64,000 nucleotides of DNA from Faecalimonas sp. (GTDB lineage: Bacteria > Bacillota > Clostridia > Lachnospirales > Lachnospiraceae), in the NCBI GenBank assembly GCA_045650645.1, contig JAZRRJ010000026.1:4704-68703 (forward strand), written 5' to 3'. How positions within the stretch are numbered: the stretch's first letter is position 1; every line of letters begins with the position of its first letter. The notes beneath the pieces were generated by a model. It did no database searches, was not told where the DNA came from, and saw nothing but the letters and a program-made list of their open reading frames with translations. This document shows positions 49,420-59,880 of the stretch, piece by piece. The position numbers and the translations under genes are program-made.

Positions 49420-51464
49420 TGAATGAAAGATATGAACTTGCAATGGGGCGTATTCGTTCTATTGTAAAGGAAGAGACGGTGGCGCCAGCCTATCGTGATT
49501 ATTTTCAAAGTGTGGCAAGGTTTGTTTTGGAGATTGATGCAATCAAAAGACGACTCGAAAATAAATCAAACGAGCGTTGCACAATGGAAGAATTGAAAGA
49601 AGAAAATGAACGAATTTACAGGGATATAGTGGGAGAAGCATATGAGATTAGTTATGCGAATCCTACGTATGCAGTCGCAAAAATGGGAGAAAATGTGGGG
49701 CGCATGTTGAGCTTTCTTTACGCGGAGATTCGAAGCGAGATACCACATGTTTATGAGGGCCGTTTAGAGTACTTGACCATCTGTAATGAATTGTTTATAG
49801 AAATCTACAATTGCTTTGAAGGAGTAGAAACTCCGGATGAAAAAGAGTTGAAGAGTATTATTTATTGGTATGCAAGTGATTACTGTGATGTGTTCGTGTC
49901 AGAGCGCGTGGCAGAGCAATTAAATCCGGAATACTCGTTTGCGGCGGATATCATTATGCAAAGTGATTTGTCGGATTTACGTTACTTGTATTTTTTTGGT
50001 GAATATGTTTCTGAAAATGAAAGAAAAACTGCAGAACATTTGAATGCTTTGCCACAAGAAGTTATTGACTGTATGGCTGACGTTTATACGGAAGGATACC
50101 GTAAAGGTTTTGAGGTGGCAGGAATTGATTTGTCGAAGAAGGCAGTTGTAAATATTCGATATCAATTAGGTTTTGAACGTGTGATTCGAAAAGCGATTGA
50201 AAATTTTGCCTCCATGGGTCTGCGCCCAACCATTTATCGGGCAGCTACAAATGTGACGACGAAAAAAGGTCAACATAAGATTGGTTTTGCAGGGGGGACG
50301 CCGAACAAGCAATATGACTATGACCACCGAGAGGACAATGGGTTGTTCTTGGATAAGAAATTTGTGGAACGAAAGTTAGATGTCATGAAAAATGCATATG
50401 AAGAGCATAAAGAGTTGGCAGGCAAATTTGCTGGTCCGGCGGTGATGGAAGTCTTTGGAGAAGAACCGTTTACACCGGAACAAAAAACAGAAGCGATTCG
50501 ATTGACAGAAAAACAAGAACAATTGTCAGTACTTGCAGACAGCAAAGCTGGGCAATTGGTAAATCAATATATCAAAGGTGATGAGCGTAGTTTTACCATT
50601 GTTGCTTATCCGATTCCGGAAATTGGCGAGGAATACGCAGAGATTTTTAATGAAGTCATTCGTTTAAATACGTTGGATGCAGACCTTTATGAGAGAGTAC
50701 AACAGACCTTGATTGATGCATTAGACCAAGGAGAGTATGTGCATGTTCTCGGAAAAGGAGAAAATGAGACGGATTTAAAGATCCAGTTGTATCGCTTGAT
50801 GGATCCAAAGAAAGAAACTATTTTCGAAAACTGTGTGGCAGATGTCAATATCCCGGTTGGTGAAGTGTTTACGTCTCCTGTATTAGAGGGGACAGATGGT
50901 GTCTTGCATGTGAGTAAAGTGTATTTGCACGAATTGCAATATCAAGATTTGAAAGTGGTATTCAAAGATGGAATGATTGCAGATTACAGTTGTGGCAATT
51001 TCGAAGAAAAAGAGGAAGGCAGAAAGTTTATCAAGAGCAACCTTCTTCATAATCACGACACCCTACCGATGGGAGAGTTTGCAATTGGAACAAACACAAC
51101 TGCTTATGTGGTTGGAAAGAAATATCAAATCGAAGATAAAATGCCGATTCTAATCGCAGAAAAAACAGGGCCGCATTTTGCAGTGGGTGATACTTGCTAT
51201 TCTTGGAGTGAAGAAAACAGGGTCTATAATCGCAATGGAAAGGAAATTGTTGCGAAAGATAATTCTGTTTCTATATTGCGAAAAGAAGATACATCCAAAG
51301 CATATTTTAATTGTCATACGGACATCACCATTCCATATGATGAATTACAAGAAATCAGTGTGGTGACTCGGAATGGAGAACGAATCCCGCTGTTGTTAGA
51401 CGGACGATTTGTGCTCGAGGGGACGGAAGTCTTAAATGAACCATTAGATGAGCAGTTGTTATAA
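49419..51464 (+). CDS. M29 (thermophilic metalloprotease) family aminopeptidase with long N-terminal extension
   Basis: NIPVGEVFTSP, GEFAIG, EKTGPHFAVG and HTDI motifs. Confidence 0.8.
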   Translation: MNERYELAMGRIRSIVKEETVAPAYRDYFQSVARFVLEIDAIKRRLENKSNERCTMEELKEENERIYRDIVGEAYEISYANPTYAVAKMGENVGRMLSFLYAEIRSEIPHVYEGRLEYLTICNELFIEIYNCFEGVETPDEKELKSIIYWYASDYCDVFVSERVAEQLNPEYSFAADIIMQSDLSDLRYLYFFGEYVSENERKTAEHLNALPQEVIDCMADVYTEGYRKGFEVAGIDLSKKAVVNIRYQLGFERVIRKAIENFASMGLRPTIYRAATNVTTKKGQHKIGFAGGTPNKQYDYDHREDNGLFLDKKFVERKLDVMKNAYEEHKELAGKFAGPAVMEVFGEEPFTPEQKTEAIRLTEKQEQLSVLADSKAGQLVNQYIKGDERSFTIVAYPIPEIGEEYAEIFNEVIRLNTLDADLYERVQQTLIDALDQGEYVHVLGKGENETDLKIQLYRLMDPKKETIFENCVADVNIPVGEVFTSPVLEGTDGVLHVSKVYLHELQYQDLKVVFKDGMIADYSCGNFEEKEEGRKFIKSNLLHNHDTLPMGEFAIGTNTTAYVVGKKYQIEDKMPILIAEKTGPHFAVGDTCYSWSEENRVYNRNGKEIVAKDNSVSILRKEDTSKAYFNCHTDITIPYDELQEISVVTRNGERIPLLLDGRFVLEGTEVLNEPLDEQLL

Positions 51465-51496
51465 GTATTTATAAGGATTTATAACTTTGATTGCGG

Positions 51497-51525
51497 TTGA
51501 CATTCCATAGTGGTGGAAGTAAAAT
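51497..51525 (+). promoter_or_regulatory. sigmaA promoter of purEMND
   Basis: TTGACA-17bp-TAAAAT. Confidence 0.75.
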
Positions 51526-51561
51526 AAAAGGTAGTGACAAACGAGAAAAAGGAGAAGGAAA

Positions 51562-52074
51562 ATGCCAAAAGTAGGAATTGTAATGGGAAGTGACTCAGAC
51601 TTAAAAGTGATGGGGAAAGCAGCAGATATGTTGGAAAAATTTGGAATCGATTATGAAATGACAATTATTTCAGCACATCGCATGCCAGATATCTTTTTTG
51701 ATTATGCAAAATCAGCAGAATCAAAGGACTACAAAGTGATTATTGCAGGAGCAGGAATGGCAGCACATCTTCCAGGTATGTGTGCAGCAATATTCCCAAT
51801 GCCAGTTATCGGTGTACCGATTTCAGGAAAGAATTTAGATGGTATGGATGCAGTATTCTCAATTATGCAGATGCCACCAGGAATTCCGGTAGCAACCGTG
51901 GCTATTGATGGCGGAGCAAATGCGGCGATTTTAGCAGCAAAGATTCTTGCAACATCGAACCCGGAATTGCTTGACAAATTGAAAGCATACTCAGTAGAAA
52001 TGAGAGAGACTGTTCAAGGAAAAGCAAACAAATTGGATGCAATTGGCTATAAAGAATATATTAAACAATTATAA
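51562..52074 (+). CDS. purE: N5-CAIR mutase / AIR carboxylase
   Basis: [19 protein letters not shown] and [11 protein letters not shown] motifs. Confidence 0.97.
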   Translation: MPKVGIVMGSDSDLKVMGKAADMLEKFGIDYEMTIISAHRMPDIFFDYAKSAESKDYKVIIAGAGMAAHLPGMCAAIFPMPVIGVPISGKNLDGMDAVFSIMQMPPGIPVATVAIDGGANAAILAAKILATSNPELLDKLKAYSVEMRETVQGKANKLDAIGYKEYIKQL

Positions 52075-52094
52075 ACACAGCGGAGGAAGAGAAA

Positions 52095-53120
52095 ATGGAT
52101 TACAAGAAAGCAGGCGTAGATATTGAAGCGGGTTACAGATCAGTAGAACTTATGAAAAAACATGTACAAGCAACAATGAGACCAGAAGTACTTACCAATA
52201 TCGGAGGTTTCTCTGGAGCATTTGCGATGGATAAATTTAAGAATATGGAAAAACCAACGTTGGTATCAGGAACAGATGGTGTCGGAACAAAGTTGAAGTT
52301 GGCGTTTATTTTGGATAAACATGACACGATTGGTATTGACTGTGTAGCAATGTGTGTAAATGATATTGCATGTGCAGGAGGAGAACCGTTATTCTTCCTT
52401 GATTACATTGCTTGTGGAAAGAATGAACCTGAAAAGATTGCAACAATTGTAAGTGGTGTGGCAGAAGGATGTATTCAGTCAGGGGCTGCATTGATTGGTG
52501 GAGAGACTGCAGAAATGCCAGGGTTCTATCCAATTGACGAATATGATCTTGCAGGTTTTGCAGTGGGTATTGTAGATGAAAAAGATTTAATTACAGGAAA
52601 AGATTTAAAAGCAGGGGATGTTTTGATTGGTATGGCATCTTCTGGTGTACATAGTAATGGATTCTCATTGGTACGTAAAGTGTTCTCTATGACAGAAGAG
52701 TCTTTGAAGAGAGAATATGATGCTTTGGGATGTTCATTAGGAGAAGCATTACTCGCTCCTACAAAGATTTATGTAAAAGCACTTCGAACAATTAAAGAGG
52801 CTGGCGTTACAATTAAGGCATGTAGTCACATTACAGGTGGTGGATTCTATGAAAATATTCCACGTATGTTGAAAGAAGATACACATGCTGTTGTGAAAAA
52901 AGACAGTTATCCAGTGCCACCAATCTTCAAGATGTTAGCAGTAGATGGCGATATTGAAGAACAAATGATGTACAATACATTTAATATGGGCCTTGGTATG
53001 GTTCTTGCGGTAGACGAAAAAGATGTAGACGCTACACTTGCAGCTATTAAAGAAGCTGGAGAAGAAGGATATGTTGTTGGTCACATTGAAGCAGGTGACA
53101 AAGGAGTTACTTTATGCTAA
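52095..53120 (+). CDS. purM: phosphoribosylformylglycinamidine cyclo-ligase
   Basis: [22 protein letters not shown] and HITGGG motifs. Confidence 0.97.
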   Translation: MDYKKAGVDIEAGYRSVELMKKHVQATMRPEVLTNIGGFSGAFAMDKFKNMEKPTLVSGTDGVGTKLKLAFILDKHDTIGIDCVAMCVNDIACAGGEPLFFLDYIACGKNEPEKIATIVSGVAEGCIQSGAALIGGETAEMPGFYPIDEYDLAGFAVGIVDEKDLITGKDLKAGDVLIGMASSGVHSNGFSLVRKVFSMTEESLKREYDALGCSLGEALLAPTKIYVKALRTIKEAGVTIKACSHITGGGFYENIPRMLKEDTHAVVKKDSYPVPPIFKMLAVDGDIEEQMMYNTFNMGLGMVLAVDEKDVDATLAAIKEAGEEGYVVGHIEAGDKGVTLC

Positions 53121-53746
53121 GAGTTGTTGTATTAGTTTCCGGTGGTGGAACCAATTTACAAGCAATTATAGATGCAGTAGAAACTGGAACAATTACGAAT
53201 ACTGAAATTGTAGGCGTGATTAGTAATAATAAAAGTGCATATGCGTTGGAACGTGCAAAGGCGAAGGGAATCCCTAGCCTTTGTGTTTCTCCAAAAGACT
53301 TTGCAACTAGAACAGAGTTTAACGATGCATTACTTGCAGCAGTAGATGAGTTAAAAGCGGATTTGGTTGTATTGGCAGGATTTTTAGTGGTCATCCCAGA
53401 GAAGATGATTGCACAATATCGAAATCGTATCATTAATATTCACCCATCCCTGATTCCATCTTTTTGTGGAACTGGATACTATGGTTTGAAAGTGCATGAA
53501 GCTGCATTGGAAAAAGGTGTGAAGGTTGTAGGTGCAACGGTTCATTTTGTAGATGAAGGAACCGATACGGGAGCGATTATTATGCAACAACCGGTTTTTG
53601 TAGAAAAAGGGGATACTCCTGAAATTTTGCAACGAAGAGTTATGGAACAGGCAGAGTGGAAGATTATGCCAAAGGCAATTGATTTAATTGCAAATGACAA
53701 GTTGGAAATCGTTGACGGAAAAGTGTGGATAAAGACGGAGGATTAA
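53114..53746 (+). CDS. purN: phosphoribosylglycinamide formyltransferase
   Basis: [14 protein letters not shown] and [14 protein letters not shown] motifs. Confidence 0.97.
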   Translation: MLRVVVLVSGGGTNLQAIIDAVETGTITNTEIVGVISNNKSAYALERAKAKGIPSLCVSPKDFATRTEFNDALLAAVDELKADLVVLAGFLVVIPEKMIAQYRNRIINIHPSLIPSFCGTGYYGLKVHEAALEKGVKVVGATVHFVDEGTDTGAIIMQQPVFVEKGDTPEILQRRVMEQAEWKIMPKAIDLIANDKLEIVDGKVWIKTED

Positions 53747-53747
53747 G

Positions 53748-55019
53748 ATGAAAGTATTAATCGTTGGAAGTGGCGGAAGAGAGCATGCGATTGCATGGAA
53801 AGTTGCTCAAAGCCCAAAGGTAGATAAAATTTATTGTGCACCTGGTAATGCGGGAATCGAAGAATTTGCAGAATGCGTTGCAATTGGAGCAATGGAGTTT
53901 GATAAACTCGTTGCATTCGCAAAAGAGAAAGAAATTGACCTAACCGTTATCGGCATGGATGATCCACTTGTTGGCGGTGTTGTAGATGCATTCGAAGAAG
54001 CGGGACTTCGTGTTTTTGGTCCACGTAAAAATGCAGCGATTTTGGAAGGTTCTAAAGCGTTCTCGAAAGATTTAATGAAAAAATACAATATTCCAACTGC
54101 AGCATATGAAAATTTTGATGATGCAGATGAGGCTCTTGCATATTTGGAAACGGCAAAATTTCCAATTGTATTAAAAGCAGACGGTTTGGCGCTTGGGAAA
54201 GGCGTATTAATTTGCAACACCTTGGAAGAAGCAAAAGAAGGTGTGCAGTCAATTATGTTAGATAAGCAATTTGGAACAGCCGGAAACCGCATGGTAATCG
54301 AAGAATTTATGACAGGACGTGAAGTGTCTGTACTTTCTTTTGTAGATGGAACTACGATCAAGACTATGACATCTGCACAAGATCACAAGCGTGCAAAAGA
54401 TGGTGACCAAGGCTTAAATACCGGAGGAATGGGAACATTTAGTCCAAGTCCGTTCTATACAGATGAAGTGGATGAGTTCTGTAAAAAATATATCTATCAA
54501 CCGACGGTAGATGCCATGAAATCCGAAGGCAGAGAATTTAAAGGAATTATTTTCTTTGGTTTGATGCTTACAGCGGATGGACCAAGAGTGTTAGAGTATA
54601 ATGCACGTTTCGGAGATCCAGAAACACAGGTTGTTCTTCCGCGTATGAAAAGTGATATTGTAGAAGTGTTTGAAGCTTGTATTGATGGTACATTAGAGCA
54701 AGTAGAATTAGAATTTGAAGATAATGCAGCAGTATGTGTTGTATTGGCTTCAGATGGATATCCATTGAAATATGAAAAAGGATTCCCAATCGACGGTTTA
54801 GATGAGTTTGGTAAGCACGACGGATACTATTGCTTCCATGCAGGAACCAAATTCTCGGATGGTAAAATCGTGACAAATGGTGGCCGTGTACTTGGAGTAA
54901 CAGCCAAGGGAAGTGATTTGAAAGAGGCAAGAGCAAATGCATATGCGGCAACAGAATGGGTGTCATTTGAAAATAAATACAAAAGAAATGATATTGGAAA
55001 AGCAATTGATGAGGCTTAA
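53748..55019 (+). CDS. purD: phosphoribosylamine-glycine ligase
   Basis: GSGGREH, LEGSK, QDHKR, NTGGMG and RFGDPE motifs. Confidence 0.97.
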   Translation: MKVLIVGSGGREHAIAWKVAQSPKVDKIYCAPGNAGIEEFAECVAIGAMEFDKLVAFAKEKEIDLTVIGMDDPLVGGVVDAFEEAGLRVFGPRKNAAILEGSKAFSKDLMKKYNIPTAAYENFDDADEALAYLETAKFPIVLKADGLALGKGVLICNTLEEAKEGVQSIMLDKQFGTAGNRMVIEEFMTGREVSVLSFVDGTTIKTMTSAQDHKRAKDGDQGLNTGGMGTFSPSPFYTDEVDEFCKKYIYQPTVDAMKSEGREFKGIIFFGLMLTADGPRVLEYNARFGDPETQVVLPRMKSDIVEVFEACIDGTLEQVELEFEDNAAVCVVLASDGYPLKYEKGFPIDGLDEFGKHDGYYCFHAGTKFSDGKIVTNGGRVLGVTAKGSDLKEARANAYAATEWVSFENKYKRNDIGKAIDEA

Positions 55020-55020
55020 G

Positions 55021-55056
55021 AAAAAAGGAACAGTTTTGACTGTTCCTTTTATTTTT
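55021..55056. terminator. bidirectional terminator
   Basis: aaaaggaacagt-tttg-actgttcctttt. Confidence 0.8.
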
Positions 55057-55879
55057 GTATACGTAATTGTGAAGGTGGAATTCCAAAGTGTGATTTAAAA
55101 CAACGAGTAAAATAATTGGAGTCTGTATATCCGCACTTTATTGCAATTTCGTTGATGTTGTGCTCGCCCTTTTTGAGAAGCTTATATGCTTCTTCCATGC
55201 GTCGGATTTTTAAGTAGGTCATAGGAGTAAGACCGATTTTCTCTTTGAATTTTCGACAGAAATGTGCAGACGTATAACCAAAGTGTGCACAGAGGGAAGC
55301 GGTTGTCAATTCTTGTACAAAGTTTTCTTCTATGTACTCTACAATATCTCTCACAATATCACTTTGGTTTGAAGCTGATTGCAAATCAGTTAAGTTATGT
55401 TTAAAAAGCAAAAATAGAAAGTAATAAATAAACGATATGATTTCCAAAGAGTTGTGGTCCGTATTTTGGATAATGCGGTCAAAGCAAGCGATGGTATCTG
55501 GGTTTGTTACAAGTGCGTCGAATTTTGCACGTCCGTTGAAAATGCAAGGAAAGTACTCTTTGCAAATATCACTATCATTGTAAAATGAACGAATGTCGAA
55601 CATCAGTACATCGTATTCTAAGTGGGAATCTCCTGAAAAGGCATGGTGAGGTTGTTTGGGTGGAAAAAGTATCATTTCTCCTGTAGATACTTTTGTTACA
55701 TTTGCGCCGTGCGTAACGGTCATCTCTCCTTTGTGCACACGCAAAAACTCCATACGGTCATGCCAATGTATGCGAAAACATTCTTGGTTTGCAGGAACAG
55801 AATAAGGCAGTATCTTAATCGCTGCTGAACTATATGTAATTGGTGTAAGTTCTTGATTGTTTTTACTAAAATCAAACAT
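55049..55879 (-). CDS. AraC family transcriptional regulator with cupin sensor domain
   Basis: HWHDRMEF cupin motif; C-terminal IAIKCGYTDSNYFTRCFK..GIPP. Confidence 0.92.
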   Translation of the reverse strand: MFDFSKNNQELTPITYSSAAIKILPYSVPANQECFRIHWHDRMEFLRVHKGEMTVTHGANVTKVSTGEMILFPPKQPHHAFSGDSHLEYDVLMFDIRSFYNDSDICKEYFPCIFNGRAKFDALVTNPDTIACFDRIIQNTDHNSLEIISFIYYFLFLLFKHNLTDLQSASNQSDIVRDIVEYIEENFVQELTTASLCAHFGYTSAHFCRKFKEKIGLTPMTYLKIRRMEEAYKLLKKGEHNINEIAIKCGYTDSNYFTRCFKSHFGIPPSQLRIQK

Positions 55880-56016
55880 ATTTTGTCCTCTTATATCAAA
55901 AAAATGCTATATTACGTCGTATTTTCACTATACTTATCTTATAAATTATGCTAACATAAAATTGTTGTAAAAGCAACGGAATGAAAAAAAATAAGTAAAT
56001 AGAGGAGTATGGAACA

Positions 56017-57669
56017 TTGAAGTGTGAATTGAAATTACTTAGTAGTTTGGAAAAGATTTTCTTTGACAATTTTTCAGACCGATCAGAATATACTTCGGGT
56101 ACGATGTTGAAAAACGAGATTTTTTCTTTCCAATTAGCAACATGGGGAGAAGGAGAAATTGTTACACGACATAAATGTAAAATTCAGATTGAATCAGAGT
56201 TATTACCTTATATTCAGATGAAAAAAATAGATTATGTACCGTCGATGCTTCCGCTAGTTGAAGCGAAAGCGGATGATGATTATTTGGTAAAAAGACCTGG
56301 TGTGATGTTTCCAGATCCATTACATACAATCAAAAATGGTGAAATCGAGATTTTCCTGCATCAAGCAAGAGCACTTTGGATTTCGATTGAGCCAAATGGT
56401 GAAAAGGTAGGAACTTATCCGATCACATTTAAAATATTCAATCCGAAAGCAGAATTGATTGGAGAAACTTGCTTTACAATCGAAATTTTAGATGTGGAAC
56501 TTCCAGAATTGGATATTTATAATACCTGTTGGTTCCATGGAGATTGTTTAGCGGCTCTTCATAATGTAGAAATTTTGAGTGATGAATATTATGAAGTGGT
56601 AAAGAAGTATCTTGCAACATTTGTGAAATTTGGTCACAATATGATTTTGACTCCGATTTTCACACCACCACTTGATACTGTAGTAGGTGGAGAAAGACCG
56701 ACCAATCAATTAATTGATGTTGTCATAACGGGCGGAAAGTATTCATTTGGATTTGACAAACTGAAATGTTGGATTGATTTGTGCCATGGTTTTGGAATTA
56801 AATATTTTGAAATGGCACATTTCTTTACACAGTGGGGTGCATATCATGCACCAAAAGTTATGGCTACTGTGGATGGTGAGTATAAAAAGATTTTTGGATG
56901 GGAAACAGATGCCCTATCTGATGAGTATAAAGAGTTTTTAAATGCATTGTTGCCAGAATTGATTGCATTTTTGAAAACAGAAGGTATCATGGAAAATTGT
57001 TTCTTCCATGTATCGGATGAACCACGTGAAGTTCATGAGACACAATACCGCAATGTAAAAGCTATTTTGCTAGCGCATTTGGATAGTGCACAATTGATCG
57101 ATGCGTTGTCTGATTATAGTTTCTTCGAAAAAGGAATTGTAACAAGACCGGTTGTAAGTATAAAGTATATCCAAGATTTCATTGCGCACGACGTGAAAAG
57201 AATGTGGGCATATTATTGTACTTCGGAAGGAAAAGATGTGGCAAATCGTTTTATGGCGATGCCATCATATAGAAACAGAATTTTGGGATATCAATTGTAC
57301 AAGTACCAAATCGAAGGATTCTTGCAATGGGGTTACAATTTCTGGTTCAAAGAATTATCGGTTGGTGTGTTAAATCCGTATGAAGACACCACAGCCGGTG
57401 GGGCATTCCAGTCAGGTGATGCGTTTGTCGTTTATCCATTAGACGAAGACGGAGAAGTGGTATGTTCACTTAGATTGTATGTGTTCCATGAAACATTACA
57501 GGATTTGCGTGCGTTGAAATTACTAGAATCTTTGACGGACCGAGAAACGGTAGTCAATATGTTGGGTGAGATCGATAAGTTTGCTTCTTACCCAAGAAAC
57601 AATGAATATATTCTCAATTTAAGAGAAGAGATTAATCGCAAAATTAAATCATTCATATCTTTGAAATAG
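56017..57669 (+). CDS. DUF4091-domain putative glycoside hydrolase (GH123-like)
   Basis: PDPL, WFHGD, HFFTQWG, HVSDEP (catalytic DE pair of GH20/GH123-like enzymes), W.YYC, GFLQWGYN, SGD..VYP and SLR motifs; no signal peptide. Confidence 0.72.
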   Translation: MKCELKLLSSLEKIFFDNFSDRSEYTSGTMLKNEIFSFQLATWGEGEIVTRHKCKIQIESELLPYIQMKKIDYVPSMLPLVEAKADDDYLVKRPGVMFPDPLHTIKNGEIEIFLHQARALWISIEPNGEKVGTYPITFKIFNPKAELIGETCFTIEILDVELPELDIYNTCWFHGDCLAALHNVEILSDEYYEVVKKYLATFVKFGHNMILTPIFTPPLDTVVGGERPTNQLIDVVITGGKYSFGFDKLKCWIDLCHGFGIKYFEMAHFFTQWGAYHAPKVMATVDGEYKKIFGWETDALSDEYKEFLNALLPELIAFLKTEGIMENCFFHVSDEPREVHETQYRNVKAILLAHLDSAQLIDALSDYSFFEKGIVTRPVVSIKYIQDFIAHDVKRMWAYYCTSEGKDVANRFMAMPSYRNRILGYQLYKYQIEGFLQWGYNFWFKELSVGVLNPYEDTTAGGAFQSGDAFVVYPLDEDGEVVCSLRLYVFHETLQDLRALKLLESLTDRETVVNMLGEIDKFASYPRNNEYILNLREEINRKIKSFISLK

Positions 57670-57685
57670 GAAAGAAGGTAAGCAT

Positions 57686-58792
57686 ATGGAAAAACAAAAA
57701 TTAGCAAAACAAGTATCTATTATGGAAAACTTTGATTTGAAAGGACCAATCGTTAGCATGGGTGAATACGGAAGCGGTCACATCAATGCTACATATGTAG
57801 TGGAAGTCAATGAAAATGGAAGTCTTGAGAAATATATCTTCCAACAAGTAAACACAGATATTTTTGTGGACATTGAAAGATTGATGGAAAACATTCAAGG
57901 TGTAACTTCCTATTTGACAAAGCAGATTGAAGAAAGAAATGGAGATCCAAAGCGAGAAACATTACAAGTAATCAAGACAAAAAATGGTGAAAATTTTTAT
58001 CGTGATACAGATGGTCTCTGCTATCGTGTATATCGTTTTATTACAGATGCAACAAGCTATGACGTGGTAGAAAGCCCAAAAGATTTCTATGAAAGTGCAG
58101 TTTCATTTGGCAACTTCCAATATTTGTTGGCTAACTATCCAGCGGAAACATTATATGAGACGATTCCAAATTTCCATCATACAGCAAAACGTTTTGAAAC
58201 ATTCTGCCAAGCAGTAAAAGAAGATGCGTGCGGAAGGGCAGCAAGTGTTCAAGCGGAAATTGATTTTGTTATGGCTCGTGCAGAAGAAACATCTGTATTA
58301 ACAAGTCTTTTGGAAAGCAAAGAATTGCCACTTCGTGTAACACATAATGATACAAAATTAAATAACATTATGATTGACAACGAAACAGGAAAAGGAATCT
58401 GTGTTATCGATTTGGATACAGTAATGCCAGGTTCAGCTTTGTATGACTTTGGAGATTCTATTCGTTTTGGTGCAAATACAGCAGTAGAGGATGAAACAGA
58501 TTTATCAAAAGTTTCACTTGATTTAGAACTTTATGAAATCTATGTAAAAGGATATTTGGAAGGATGTAAAGGAAGCTTGACTGATCTCGAAATTTCATTA
58601 TTGCCAATGGGTGCAAAAGTGATGACTTTCGAATGTGGTATGCGTTTCTTGACCGATTATTTGCAAGGTGATCACTATTTTAGAATTCATCGCGAACATC
58701 ACAATCTTGATCGTTGTAGAACACAATTTGTATTGGTTGCAGATATGGAAAAGAAATGGGATGAAATGCAAGAGATTGTAAAAAAATACTAG
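57686..58792 (+). CDS. APH/choline-kinase-fold phosphotransferase, N-acetylhexosamine 1-kinase (NahK)-like
   Basis: GHIN, ETIPNFH, RVTHNDTKLNN, IDLDTVMPG, DFGD and RFLTDYL motifs. Confidence 0.75.
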   Translation: MEKQKLAKQVSIMENFDLKGPIVSMGEYGSGHINATYVVEVNENGSLEKYIFQQVNTDIFVDIERLMENIQGVTSYLTKQIEERNGDPKRETLQVIKTKNGENFYRDTDGLCYRVYRFITDATSYDVVESPKDFYESAVSFGNFQYLLANYPAETLYETIPNFHHTAKRFETFCQAVKEDACGRAASVQAEIDFVMARAEETSVLTSLLESKELPLRVTHNDTKLNNIMIDNETGKGICVIDLDTVMPGSALYDFGDSIRFGANTAVEDETDLSKVSLDLELYEIYVKGYLEGCKGSLTDLEISLLPMGAKVMTFECGMRFLTDYLQGDHYFRIHREHHNLDRCRTQFVLVADMEKKWDEMQEIVKKY

Positions 58793-58843
58793 AATAGTTT
58801 TATCAAAAAGTGGCAAGGCTCTTAATTAAAAAAAGGAGCCGAA

Positions 58844-59701
58844 ATGATGAAATTAAGAAAAAAGAAAAAACGCTGGGAAACATGGACATTATTATTGTTG
58901 GTGTTCCCAGTTTTTTTATGTTTACTCATATATTGGCTACAACATACATGGGTGCACAGAGATGAAATATTTGTCTCAGAAGAATCAAAAGTAAAATTGA
59001 CAAAGGAGACAGATTATGAAACTTTCTTTTTGCAAACAGGTCTGGGAAGAGAGGCTGTAGATAAGTTGTTGAAAGCTGACAAACTAGCAAAAATCGAAAG
59101 TGTTCAGAATGCTTTCTTAGATAAAGATGACGTGGAATGTATTTCTGTTCTTGGTTGGTTTACAAGGAGTGACCGAATTGACAGTTCTCAGAGTGCACCG
59201 ATTGTAGATTTGCAGCCGGGAGATATTTTGATTAGTTTTTCTACGCATAGTATAGGATGGAGGCATGGACATGCAGGATTAGCGATTGATACTAATTATG
59301 TCTTGGAATGTACCAGTTGGGGAAAAGATTCTCGCATCGTGAAAAGTAAACATTGGCGTAAATATTCGAACTATATTGTGCTTCGAGTGAAAAATAGCTC
59401 AACAACAGAACGAGAGCAGGTGGCTTCCTATGCGGAGAAAACATTGCAAGGGCTCCCCTACCATTTGTCGTCCGGATTTCTGGGTGAAAAGGCACCAAGT
59501 CCAGATAAAGCATATTTTGGTTTGCAATGTGCATATTTGGTGTGGTATGCGTGGCAGGAGTTTGGGTATGACTTAGACTCGGATGGGGGACGATTGGTTA
59601 CGGCGAATGATCTCTTTGATTCGGAACTATTAGAAATTGTACAAGTTTATGGTATGAATCCAAAGGAATTAGATTGTCATTTTCCAATTTTGGATTCATA
59701 G
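58844..59701 (+). CDS. permuted NlpC/P60 (YiiX/YebB-like) papain-fold enzyme with N-terminal TM
   Basis: LQPGDIL, GHAGL (His) precedes QCAYLVW.AW (Cys). Confidence 0.75.
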   Translation: MMKLRKKKKRWETWTLLLLVFPVFLCLLIYWLQHTWVHRDEIFVSEESKVKLTKETDYETFFLQTGLGREAVDKLLKADKLAKIESVQNAFLDKDDVECISVLGWFTRSDRIDSSQSAPIVDLQPGDILISFSTHSIGWRHGHAGLAIDTNYVLECTSWGKDSRIVKSKHWRKYSNYIVLRVKNSSTTEREQVASYAEKTLQGLPYHLSSGFLGEKAPSPDKAYFGLQCAYLVWYAWQEFGYDLDSDGGRLVTANDLFDSELLEIVQVYGMNPKELDCHFPILDS

Positions 59702-59787
59702 GTAATGCGGCAGTAGGTGCTGTATTGCGGACGTCCTTATGGAATATCTTATATGCTTACTTGTTACAAGGTATCGTTTAAATAATC

Positions 59788-59815
59788 AGGTGTGTCTAAT
59801 TGGACACACCTTTTT
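59788..59815 (+). terminator. terminator upstream of the GntR-clpC-radA unit
   Basis: aggtgtgtcta-at-tggacacacct followed by tttt. Confidence 0.75.
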
Positions 59816-59835
59816 CTTTACTTTGAAAGAAGTTG

Positions 59836-59856
59836 TGTTATAATCTTTGTATAACA
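59836..59856 (+). promoter_or_regulatory. putative GntR (YtrA-type) operator overlapping the -10 box
   Basis: TGTTATA-N7-TATAACA palindrome covering TATAAT at 59839-59844. Confidence 0.6.
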
Positions 59857-59880
59857 AATGCATGAGAAAAGGTGAAAGAT

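Noticed and set aside
51465-51561. Purine or ZTP riboswitch upstream of purE
   Set aside because: The leader after the promoter is only about 30 nt, too short for an aptamer
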